From Amphiscolops sp. MND2022 (taxonomy: Eukaryota): 64,000 bases of DNA. Below the pieces are notes generated by a model. The model saw only the letters and a program-made list of their open reading frames with translations, was not told the origin of the DNA and made no database searches. Below are positions 37,058 to 48,422 of this stretch, in pieces; the first letter of the stretch is position 1, and each line of letters starts with the position of its first letter. The position numbers were made by a program, and so were the translations under genes. The DNA is taken from assembly GCA_964187785.1 (NCBI GenBank), contig OZ076409.1, forward strand, positions 34,660,001-34,724,000. Reading direction: 5' to 3'.

Positions 37058-37269
37058 TGTTATAGACTCGTAAAAAGAATGATAGTAAGAAACGTTCAAA
37101 CTAAGAGCTGTTCAGTATCACAATCACAACTAAGAGTATCAAGCTGTATCAACATAAAGTTTAACATCAATTGAATTGTATGTGGTATGGTTTTAATGTT
37201 CATTGGCAGGCACTATTCAGGCTTTAGACTAATGGTATATGTCTAGACTGTCTAATCGCCACCTCTACA
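37058..37269 (-). repeat. 3' LTR (212 bp)
   Basis: TGTTATAGACTCG...CCTCTACA on +; matches 42746-42950 with several substitutions and indels. Confidence 0.92.
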
Positions 37270-38169
37270 TTCCCCCTCTTCGGAATTATGGGAACCAGCT
37301 TTGATCTCCATTGGTTTCTTTCGGATTGTTGTTTCTTTTCTTTGTTGCATTCTCTGGGCTGCGGGGTGAAATGGATTACCGTTTTCTGGGTCTTCGGCTT
37401 TTGTTCTAAATGGTTCAATGATTATTTAAAAAAGTACTTATTCCACCCAGTTTTTCACCCTTTTGGCAGTCTTAAGTTTGCTTGATCTTCGTACCCCCTT
37501 TTCTCCCCCTATGGTTTCTGTAACTTCCACTCCCTCGATACTTAAATCTACTATACCTTTGTCTACCGATGTAGATGCTTTTGTGGAGATCCGGTTGGGG
37601 TTGTGTCGCTACTTTGACGTTACGTTGGTGCGTCCGTTCCGTGCGGCAGCCGACCGGCGATGAGACCATAGGCGTTTGGCAGTCGGGCGGTGATTCCCTA
37701 AGTTTTGTCTCTTCACCTTTGGGATATGTTGTTACATCAGTGACGGTAAGTTCTGAGTCGGCATTCACCGTCGTCGGTGCTTCCCCGGCCGTGGTGGACT
37801 GGCTGTCCGAGATTATGGTAATGTCGGGAATTTCTTCCGCTTCTCTTGCTGGCATGGTTGGGAAGGTTTTACTCGAACTTGCTTGAATATTTTGGTCATC
37901 ATGCTTCTTGTTTTCAGCCATTATCCGTTTGTGGGTTTTATATAGTTCGTCATTGCTAAAACGGCCGCATCTAGTACATCTCTTTCTTGGCTTTCTTTTT
38001 TTCTCTATTTTTTTTGACGGCTGAAATTTTAAGGGGTTAGACTCCAGTTTCTTATGAATTGTTTTTCCATCGGCCATAGTTACAGTGTGTTTAGTTCCTT
38101 TAACCGCGATTAGAATTCTATCAGTTTTAAATCTGCAATTCATTGCGTTCGGCTTGGTTTATTCGTCGA

Positions 38170-41100
38170 AAAATTGGCATTCTTTAAAATAATCGCTTAC
38201 CGATCTTCATCTCCTCCTTGATTCGTTGAACACCAACTTGTCTGCAAGTTCTCCGTCCAAATCAAGAATGGTCAGTCATGAATTCCAGTCAAACAATAGG
38301 CAAGTAGGTTGGCCATCATGTTGGTGATAGGCGTACGTGATTTTTGTCCAAAAATGCATTTGAAAAGGTATTATTTCAAATATATTTTTTCAATGTATTA
38401 AGTGGCGTTTGTCTAATAGTTTTGATTGCCACTTGGACGCTTTCTACAAAGAAATCCGTCTTCTAAACTGGCTCCAGTTAGTGATTTGATCGTGCGTATT
38501 GTTCTCTCGACCATTCCGGTTCCCGTATGCAAGTTAGGGGTACACCGTTTTCAGTTTATTATTTCGCCGTTACAGTAGTCTTTGATCTCATGGCTTTTAA
38601 AGCAGCCGCCGTTATCGGTGCGAATAGTCCGTGGTGTTCCATTATCTACACAGTATTTAGTTAAAAATTTCATTACGGTCCGTGAGTCCGTATTCTTGCA
38701 AATTTCGGTTGTTGGCCATTTACTAAAACGATCAATATCTACTAAAATATAAATGTCTCCGCGAGTTTTTAATTTGATTGGACCAGCAAAGTCCAATTGG
38801 ATTTCTTGGTTAGGTTCAGCTAAAATTTCGATTCTATTTATCTCCGTATGTGGTAATTGTGTTTTTATATTCTTACCTGCTGCTCTGCAGTCAGGACAGT
38901 TTTTTGATTTTCTCGAATCTCGCGGTGTCAGCCGGGCCACCAAAATGTTTCCACTGACTGGTCCAGTTTGTTTGTGGATACATGTACCTGATGTAAAAAC
39001 CCTATTATCGTCGACCTCATTGCCTCGGGGATAACAATTTTATCATTGTAAAATAAAACTCCGAAACGGGTTGTCAGGTGTTCCCGGTGTGGACGATACG
39101 GATACAATATATTGTCCGGTCGTCCTGCTTCAAGGGCAATTATTGCATCCAGCATTTTGGCATCTTGTGTCGTTTCTTCGACTAATAGTGGTAGATCCAT
39201 TGAGAAATCTTTCTCTGCTTTCTTTATCGTTTCTGCCGTCGTCTCATTACGGTGTTCTTGCAAAGTTTTTTGCTTAGCCGTCTGTTTCAGGCGGATGCGG
39301 TTTACGCTGTCGTGTTTCCGCAATTTTTTCAGTACTTTGGTCGGGCATTTTTCCTGCTAGATTTGACTTGTCTGGCTTTCACTGTCTGATGATGCATTGA
39401 TTCACGACTTGTGTATGTTTTCATTGTACTCTCGGAGTGGTCTTGTCCTGAAGGTTTCGCAGTATTGAAAAAAGCGATTGTATATCATGATGTTTATCTT
39501 ATCGATTTTTTTCTCCTTTGTTGGGAGGGGCGATACTCCTGTCCCAAGATTGGGGTCTAGTTCGGTTTGAGAATTTTGTTTCCTTCCTGGCGTCTTTTGT
39601 TTGTCTCGGGAGAGTGTCCTCTCTTTTAAAAGATGAACTCGATATCGATGTCGTTTACCTCGTCCATCTTCGATTTTGACGGTTAATTGTTTGCAAAATT
39701 TTCACTTTTAGCTGGTTTGATGTTGTTTTGCGGTAAGAGTGTTTGAATTGAGTGTATTAAAGAAAATACATACCACGACTTTCCGAACGACTCACAGTCA
39801 TCTTCAAAATACTGAAGGAAACCAATATATTCTACATTTCAAAAGGTCACACCACCACTTTTGAGCACCATTGTTTCTTAATTTGTTCACAAGCTCGTGC
39901 GCTGCGTCATAATTTGTCGGAATATTGTGTCGGCGTCGATCCACCGATATATTGCATAATGCTTTTCTTCGTACGATTATTTTCGAACAAACCGTATATT
40001 TATTGAACATGAATTCTTCTTCGGCCTCTTTTTCGTCGTGTACGCACCGTGTTTCTGTCTCATTGTCGTGTGTAAAAGGATGGCGGCTCAGATAATCCGT
40101 TAGTGGAATTTTCTTACGGGCGGTCTATTGTACGTTAACGTCAAAGTGGCGCAATCGGTCCAACCAGCGTGTGAGTCTTGCGCTGTACTGCTTGTGGGCC
40201 CAATTACGTTTTAGTAACAATTGTAACGCTTGATGGTCGGTTAGGAGGTTCACTTTCTCTCCGTAGACGTAATATCTAAAATATTCAAGTCCCGATGAAG
40301 CGCCCAACAGTTCTAAATTGTTTATGGCTTTTTTTTCAAAAGCGATTGGGAATCTACTAGAAAAAGCTACCGGTTTGAAAGTCTCACCCTCCATTTGCCA
40401 TAAAGTTGCCCCTACGCCTGTGTTACGTGCATCGGCTGTTATGTAGTTATCGTTTTTGCGGATCGAAATGCGCCAGGCTTTGTGCTTCAGTATTTTTTTT
40501 TGATTGTACAAAATCATCATTTACTTCTTTTGTCCACTCCAATTTTACAACTTTCTTTTATAATCTTCCTATCCTATCGGTCTTTTTGCAGAGGTTATTC
40601 AGAAGTTTTGACAAATGTAGGATTTATCCCAAGAATGATTTTTATTCTTTGGTGTTTATGGGTGCTTTCAGCTTCGTTATGGCTTCAGTTTTATCTTTGA
40701 TTGGCTTAACCTCATTCTTGGTAATTTGATACGCCAGCCAGGTTAGATCTTCTTTGAGTAGTTCCGCCTTTTTCTCCGTTCCTCGATAGCCAGCTTCTTG
40801 CAGCTTGGATAGGACATCGTACAGTTCTTGTCCATGTTCTTCTATCGTCCCGTTTGTGACGCAAATGATGTCGTCTAGCCAGACTGGTGTTTTGATTTCT
40901 GGGACCATGTCTATATGCTCTTGAAACAGGGGTATCCGATTGGCCGTAAACGCCTTTCTTGAATCGGTAATTTCTCGTAAAGTCACCGCCAAAATTTAAA
41001 AACACAATGTCTTGACGCCTTTATGGATATTTTTGCCTATCCGTAGGCGTAGTCTAAGTCAATTTTGGACATGCATTTTTCGCCGTTGCTTTTTGTAATC

Positions 41101-41810
41101 TTTTCAGGTTTTTTACTGGTTAGTTGTTTCATATTTGTCATTGTCGTTTTTCTCTTTATGCATGATTTGTTCACTTTTCGGGAATCCAATGCATATTTTA
41201 CCGACTCGTCTTTTTTGATTGTTATCACTGCCAGTGGTACGAAACAGTCTTCTGTCGTTTTGTCGGCTTTTTCTACATGTCCTTTTTCAATCAATTTTTC
41301 CAGTTCGTTATTCACTATTTTTTGAAAATGGATAGGTACTGGCCTCCCTTTATGTTGTATCGACTTGGCGTGTTTGTTCAATTGATTGTCTATAGTTAGG
41401 TCTTTTATTGTGTGGTTCTTTCTATAAAAGTTTTCAAATTCTTCGAAAAGTTTCTCACCTCTTCCGTTGGCGGTTATGATCCGGATGACATTCGTCTCGC
41501 GGTTACCTTGTAGATCAATCTTCAGTTTGTCTTGCAAGTCCTGTCCCAGCAGAGGTCGTGTGTTTTCCTTTTCTGTGATTAATATTGGCAGTGTCACTTT
41601 GTTTCTTTCCGTTTTGACTTCCACCAAGGCTTCACCTATGAATTATTTTGGACTTTTGTTTACGTCAACAAAGCACATTGAAGTCGCCTTGATGTCTTTT
41701 GGAATAATAATGGGCGGGATTATTGTTACTGGAGAACCAGTGTCAATAGTGAATTCTATTGGTTGTCCCCCCATCAATAGTATTGCTTTGAAGAAGTCTA
41801 CGCAATGAAT
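38170..41810 (-). pseudogene. pol: Fragmented pol (PR, RT, RNase H, integrase)
   Basis: FTIDTGSPV (PR), KIDLDYAY and WLDDII (RT), ITADARNTG...LLTDHQAL (RNase H), FWWPG/CPDC and IQLDFAGP...IRTDNG (IN), spread over many frames. Boundaries approximate. Confidence 0.88.
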
Positions 41811-41899
41811 GCCGTTGACGGACTGGATATGGTCTATCTCCGGCCAAGACTCCCTGTTGCCGCCGGTATGTTCTTCCTGTATCCGACTTACTGTTTTCG

Positions 41900-42710
41900 A
41901 ATCGGCATACGTTTGCAAAATGTCCAGATTTTTGCAGTTGTTGCATTTAGGCTCCCGTTCCGAGCAGATGTGTTCGGGTGTCCAATTTGACTTCCTGCAG
42001 AAATGACAATTTCGTTCCAAGTTTTTCTGTTTGTTGGTAAATGTAGCTTTCTTCTTCGGTGCTGGTTTAGTGTATCCGACTTGTTCGTCTTCGGATGTGC
42101 TTTCGAAGTAATTTTTCCGCTGTCTATTGGATTTGGTTTGTTCGTCTCCGTATTTGTGGTTCTAGTTATCTAGCTCTATTATTTCAAGTTTTAGCTGTAG
42201 TTTCCATGGACCTTTAATGAATTTGTTGCGGGCCTTCTTGTCATTTAGTGATGCCGCAACTTTGTAGGTGATGATATCTTCCGGTGTGATGGTGTTGAGT
42301 TCGCACTTCCTTTGGATGTCTACTAGTCTCTTCCAGTATTCATCTAGGGTCTCATTGTCTTCTTGTTTGATGTTGAAGAATTGGGCTCTACTATGGAATA
42401 CATTTCTTGTGGGTAAAAAAGGTTTCAACAGTTTCAACAGTTCTTGTATACTGATGTCCTTGAGCTCTTTTCCCCATTGGCCTCTCATGATCTCGTGTTT
42501 TGGCTCTGGGGCCAATTCCCATATAACATCGCCTTTGATGTGATATGTTGTATGTGGGTCCATGGAGTCAAATCCCTGTTCTATCAGTTTTTCTATTTTC
42601 TTCTGATATGTCAGGTCGATATATTCCGATATCTGCTCCCACCACATTTTGGGGTTGATTTTTGATACGTTGTTTTCCACATTTTCCGTTGTTGATGTTC
42701 GTATTGTCCA
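41900..42710 (-). pseudogene. gag: Decayed gag
   Basis: RAQFFNIKQEDNETLDEYWKRL capsid-like motif and Zn-knuckle remnants (CHFCRK..H.C, CNNCK). Boundaries approximate. Confidence 0.8.
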
Positions 42711-42745
42711 TTATTTTTCTGGTTTTTTCGTTAATGATTGCGCCA

Positions 42746-42950
42746 TTTTATAGACTCGTAAAAAGAATGATAGTAAGAAACTTTCAAATTAGGAGCTTTT
42801 CAGTATCACTATCACAACTAAGAGCTGCATCAACATAAAGTTTAACATCATTTGAATTGTATGTGGTATGGTTTTATTGTTCATTGGCAGGTACTATTCA
42901 GGATTCAGAATAATGGTAATTGTCTAGACTGTCTAGTCGTCACCTCTACA
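42746..42950 (-). repeat. 5' LTR (~205 bp)
   Basis: Matches 37058-37269; adjacent to the PBS. Confidence 0.9.
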
Positions 42951-44346
42951 TACGCTTTCGAAAAAAGAACATCTGAACCAAAGGAAACTGGGTGTCCAAC
43001 CTGTGTAACATGATTTTTGAGTACTCTGTTGGCATAGCCGGCTTTAGGGTTTTCATCCAAGTCATTGTTACCTCAATCTCTTCAATTAAACTCTTCAAAC
43101 TGTTTGGACTACAAGGGCTTTCAAGAAGTGGCTACTTGTGACTAATAAAAAACCAACTTCACATGAAGGAACTGAGGAAAAACTTCAATTTGTTTAGGTC
43201 CAAAACGCCCAGAAATTGAATTCCAGAGTAGATATGTTGTTTGTTACCGTCTGTTTGAATCAAACTGCTAAATTTTTTCACTTCATGCTAATCTGAAAAC
43301 ACTATATAAACAAACGTAATTTCCCATTTTGTAATCACTGCTTGAGTCTGTGGTTGACTCTCGCCTCGGTTTATAAAATGAAGCTACCAAATACCTAAAG
43401 TTGAATCCAAAGGCAGGTGTTTTTCTAAATGTAGGCTCGCTTGTCCGACCTATATAGCTTTTTGAGTACTAATTCATTTCCCACAGTCATTAGTGCTAGT
43501 ACAGAAGGAGGAGTCATAAAATCAAAGATATCTATGAGCCATAGGATACAATTTTCTGTTCCTAATGAAGCAATATCATCTTTCAGCAAACTTGGTAGTC
43601 ACTGCTGCCAGCAGACTTCTTTTCAAGCAAGGTTGAGCAAACAGAAGACCTAGGAAATGTTTTTTAACAATGAGGGCGAAAGTGCATGATAAAATTAAGC
43701 CAATCTTTTCGCCTAAGGCGACTTTATTTCCAAACGCCATTTGTTTTGAGTTGATTTCTGATATCTTTCTGAGGCTTGGATACATCTGAGAGTTATCTAT
43801 ACGTTATACGTTAGAGTGCAAACTGTTAGCTCCCAGGTCATCTCAAATATTACAGTTTTCAGACATTAAGTCATTATTGTCAATCGCAGATGGCATATTA
43901 TATTAGTGTCAAACGCTCAGATGCCGTTACAATGCTTTTTTTTGGAAATGAGAGAAAATCTGATGTAGGATTTCTTGGTTGTCGATGCTTTTGAACTCAG
44001 TCTCTAAAACGAGACAGTTATTCAAACAGAAACTAAACTTTTGTTTAAAAAGACTGAACCAAAATGCCTATTGAATTTGTTCAACATTAGCGGCATCGAT
44101 GCCATCTTGAGTTATCTTGTACTCTTTCTTTGGGATTGAGTCATACTCATCCAAATATTTCTGAAGCCTCTTTAACAATCTTCAATCTTTGCGTGGTTTC
44201 GGGAGTTGTCTTTGTTCGCAAGCTGTGTTGAAAAAAAATGAACTAATAAAAATAGAGCAAACCAGAATAATTGTGTGAGATGTGTAGCTTGGGGAAAACT
44301 GCTTCTCTTGGATTGGTATAGTAAAAATTCCACATTGTGAGGCCGA

Positions 44347-44790
44347 GCAAGACGCTAAATGTCTAAAGTCCGCGCTATATCAAAGACTCAAACAGCGCAG
44401 TTTTTAAAATATGCCCAGGAAGTTTTCATGAAAAACGCAGAACAAAGTTTCAAAACACATGCTCAGAAAACGGATCAGAAGTTCGGATATAGCGTGCTGA
44501 GACAAATGCGAGTGCTTTTTTTATCCTACCCCTGAGAATTTTGAAACAGTCTCATTGTGCCGAAAAATGTAAAAGAGGAGACCCTTTGGGCTTTTTGAAA
44601 CTCTAGTTTGTTTCAAAATATCAAACAATTGAAGGGGGACCCTTTGGAGACATTTAAAATTTCCAAAAAAGTCTCAGTGCTGAAAAAAATTGAAAGGGCA
44701 CTTTAGTCTCGTCCGGGTTTACAAATGCACGAGTTTCTTGCTGAAGCAAAGACTCGAACCCCTAATCCAATTAAAGTCTGTGGTACCCCT
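44347..44790 (-). mobile_element. 5'-truncated HINE-like copy adjoining the Helentron
   Basis: CAAGACG...TAAAGTCCGCGCTATATC is the reverse complement of the family 3' end; internal GGGGGACCCTTTGG and GTGCCGAAAA motifs. Confidence 0.55.
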
Positions 44791-46747
44791 GGTTGGAACT
44801 GCTTGAACTTTTTACATGTTTTTAGTCGGCGCCTTTTCCCTTAAGTTTTTTTTAGTCGGCGCCTTTTCCCTTAAGGAAAAAAGCCCGACTCTTACAGTGA
44901 GTAGTTTTTTTTTTTGTTTTTTTCAGTTGACAATCTCACTCTGAGTGGTCCACTTTTCTTACAATTTTCATATATTTTTGAAAATCTCTTCATAATGGCG
45001 CAAACGTTTGCAACGTCTTTTTACATCATCTAAAAAGCTCCACGGTACCTAAGGGTACTCCCTTTGAGTACTTTTCGGCACTGTGAGACTTTTTTTCGAA
45101 AATTTTCAAATGTTACCAAAGTGTCCTTTTTTTGATTTTTAAATATTTTCAGTAACCGTAAGCCGGTTTTCGTGTCCAAAGAGTCCCCCCTTTGAGTTTT
45201 TCGGCACTGTGCGACTTTTCACAATGTTATGAAAAACACTTCGAATTGTATCAACTGTAAAAAATATTGACTGTTACTGATTGTTTACTTAATATTGTTA
45301 TTGACTGTTAGCTGTTGTAGTTCGTTCAGGGGGCATTGGTCCCAAGCACGCCAGAACGAACGAATCCGGGTGTGGCAGACCCAACTGACCAACTGGTGGT
45401 TGCTCTATAAATTTTTGGAGGTGTAGCAGTCGTCACCCTAGGAAGCAACGTCCTTCCTAGACCAAGCACGGCTGGTCCCTTTGAGGATTTTTAGAGCTCG
45501 GGTGGCACCGTTTTGCGTCCCAACTTTATGCGCAGGGGGTCCGCATACTGTTTGGACGCAAAATGCTGTCACCTTATATGCCCGGCTTTTGTTCTTAAGC
45601 TTAGATACCATCCGTGACAACTGATCTCCAAAGAGATGTTGTCGGGAGCTCGGGTGACCCCTCTTCGAAGCTTTCTGCTTGGACGTTAGGATCTCGAAAA
45701 ATTTCTTTGAAAGGTAATTGAGATCAATGATTTTGAGCTTTTTTGGGAAGTATATAGAAAACCTGAAGCACCGGGAATTGATTCTAGCATCGAATATACT
45801 GTCCATTAGCAGATAGATTCGAAGGCCCAACTCAGTATGCTGTCGTCTGGGCCCTCTTCCCAGAACGGCATCGCTGCTGAAGGGCTCCAAGGATGGTCTC
45901 TCCGCACTCATTTGGTGCGGAGTAGGCGTTTCCGTGGTTCAAAAATGTAAAAAAAAGGCCACCTCCCCTTGAAGTTTTTTGCCAGAATCCAAAAATCTTA
46001 GCCACAGGAAGCCCCATATTGGAACCCTGATGATCGGCCTAAACATTTAACAGCTGAAATGATCCAAAGGAATAGCATTCGATCCTAAATTCCAATCTGC
46101 AATAATTCATTTAAAACAAATATATCCTCAATATTTGGAGCTTAAACATTTCAAATAATTTTCTATAGAGTTTCATCAACTTTCGATTTCACTCGCTTGT
46201 GTGTCTTTGTCAGCTTTACTTAGCACTCACTGTGCCCTAACCTGGGGTTTTTAAAATGGTTTATGGTTTTCCTTTGTATTCATGGTTTGATGAATTTGTA
46301 ATTTTACTGCTCAGTGAGTTACTAATTATGGATCAATTGAATATTTTGTCTCAGTGTTTTCAAAGACGATGTTTTAAATAAATGGAGCCATTGACGTTTT
46401 TTTACCTCGCGATGTTTTTCGAATAATTATTCGTATTTTCCAAGGTTTCTGTACTGCGAAAATTCGTTGATCGCTTGTCGAAGTTTTTTGACTATCAAAC
46501 CAGCAGTTCACAAATGTATACTTTAACAATATACTTTCGTCAATTCTCTATAACGTTGTTCGGATGGCTTCCTGCTGTTTTTTTGCGGTGCGCTCTTTTG
46601 ACAATCTATTAATCCAAGAACGATATGGATTTTTACTTGAAGCATTTATGTCATTTAATATGCTTTTGTGCTCGCTTGTCTTCTTGGTTTTTAACTGTTC
46701 GTTTCAAACAACAAGTTGTTGTATGTTGACTTTTTTCAGTGTCTGGA

Positions 46748-47860
46748 ATGTCAATCGATTCTAAACTACTGCCTCTGCTCGATAATTCTCTTGAAGAAAT
46801 TCAAACAATTCATGATATTCTTTTCTCCGTCAAATCTTCCTTTTCCAGTGCTATCATGGAAAGACCGTCATGCTCCAACACGAAGGATGTCCCTCGGCTG
46901 TTTGATGGAGAGAAAGTCCTTCTGACAGGTATAGATCGAGCCCTTCTCCATGCCAAAAATACAGCTGCAATCATAAATGCGCAACGCAAGGATGTGCTCG
47001 CTACAGTCAAATCAGCTGAGCGGTCCCATGCTAATTATGTCACTGCATTGCAGAGATTAGCGAAGGCGAGAAACTGCAATCGCCCCTCTGCGACACCCAA
47101 GTTTTCCGGATCTTCTAAACGCCTTCAGAAAAATACCAACATAGTCGGTTCCTGTTACAGAGACCTACTTCCTCGTAAACTCAGCTCAATGAAAACTCGA
47201 ACCTCATCAATACAAGTCTACCCCCCTGCAACCAAAACCTTTGCAGCGTCACCAAGTAGTGCTCCGAGATTTCCAATCACTTCGAGCAACCTTTCATCAG
47301 TGTTGCCTACTTCGAGTTTCCAGTGTACATCTGCACAACCCACTAGAGCCATTCGGCACGGTATCAATGCAAATCCGAAGACCACTGCAAACCCTGAAAA
47401 CTGTCAAAAGTCGGGAAAGAAATCGAAGAAAGAAAAACAGCGTGCAGCTCCGCGCGTTTCATCTTCCAAAACTGTTGATATGAGCTCCATACCCTCTATG
47501 ACTGGAAGTTCTCTAGACGAAATAATCGCAAACATTCCTATTGAAGACGGACAAACTGAGCAATTTATGATTGACTCAGACAAGTTTCCTCTTCCTTCCG
47601 CGAACATGAAGTCACCCAACGCAAAGATCTCGCTGAAGGAAGAAACAGTGGATAGTATCTTTGGAGATTCACTTCCTGAAGTTGACATCGACTCCGTGGC
47701 TCCTGGTAAGCAGCGCTCTGAATCTGGCTCTCAGAAGATGACAATGAACCGGGAAAACAAGCAAACGATGGCTATAGCCTCAACGAGGAAGTCAAAACGA
47801 GCTGTCGCACTTGCTGGTGCTGTATATAACGAGGAGTTTCCGAGTGATAATGAATTGTGA
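46748..47860 (+). CDS. Helentron ORF1 (~370 aa): coiled-coil-like N-terminus, Ser/Lys-rich disordered C-terminus, unknown function
   Basis: Long uninterrupted ORF preceded by a TTTTTTCAG acceptor at ~46739; inside the element, upstream of Rep-Hel and on the same strand. Confidence 0.65.
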   Translation: MSIDSKLLPLLDNSLEEIQTIHDILFSVKSSFSSAIMERPSCSNTKDVPRLFDGEKVLLTGIDRALLHAKNTAAIINAQRKDVLATVKSAERSHANYVTALQRLAKARNCNRPSATPKFSGSSKRLQKNTNIVGSCYRDLLPRKLSSMKTRTSSIQVYPPATKTFAASPSSAPRFPITSSNLSSVLPTSSFQCTSAQPTRAIRHGINANPKTTANPENCQKSGKKSKKEKQRAAPRVSSSKTVDMSSIPSMTGSSLDEIIANIPIEDGQTEQFMIDSDKFPLPSANMKSPNAKISLKEETVDSIFGDSLPEVDIDSVAPGKQRSESGSQKMTMNRENKQTMAIASTRKSKRAVALAGAVYNEEFPSDNEL

Positions 47861-48422
47861 TTGCACAGCTGCAACATGTTCAAACTCAGACCATACTTCC
47901 AGCATGTTTTTCGAGCATGTTTGATTCCTTTTCAGCAATACTCCTTTGTCTTAACTGCGTTCGTTATGCAGAGATTTTTAGCATCGTTTTCTCGAAATGT
48001 TACTCGTGATTTCAGTATGGCTATGAGCTTATAGTGTCAAAACGTTCTCATTTAATCATAGTTTTGTTTGTTTGTGCCTATACTATTGATTTGATTGCCC
48101 TAGTTTTCGTTCAGCTTATTTTTTGTTCTTATACCAATAATTTGTTCCTGAAGTTATCCCGACTTGAAGAACATCGAACGATTTGCGTCATCAGTATCTA
48201 TTGAATTAGCTTCCCCGTAATGTCATTTAGTTATCAAGGTTTATTTGATCAGTTGTGTGTTTATTCAATTTGATACGTCTCTTTGATAATTTTGTTCATT
48301 GAATACCTTTATATCGGCTTACGTTTTTTATAGACTCTTGGAGCGTTGAAGTCGAATGAAGTTTGAATACGAAGATACTCGTGAAGCTTTTATTTTGCAA
48401 CCTTTTCACTTTTTTCAGGTCG

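Larger units (their letters stand above)
37058..42950 (-). mobile_element. Decayed full-length Ty3/Gypsy LTR retrotransposon (5893 bp, short LTRs)
   Basis: LTRs at 37058-37269 and 42746-42950, TSD TACGC (37053-37057 and 42951-42955), minus-strand PBS TGGCGC and PPT AAGAGGGGGAA. Confidence 0.93.

Noticed and set aside
45438..45911. 157-aa minus-strand ORF in the Helentron 5' region
   Set aside because: No recognisable motif; no support for coding beyond length.
48363..48422. Track start (TTG) of the 2303-aa ORF
   Set aside because: The first 20 codons cover a polypyrimidine tract and acceptor; ATG 48423 (or an upstream exon) is more plausible.
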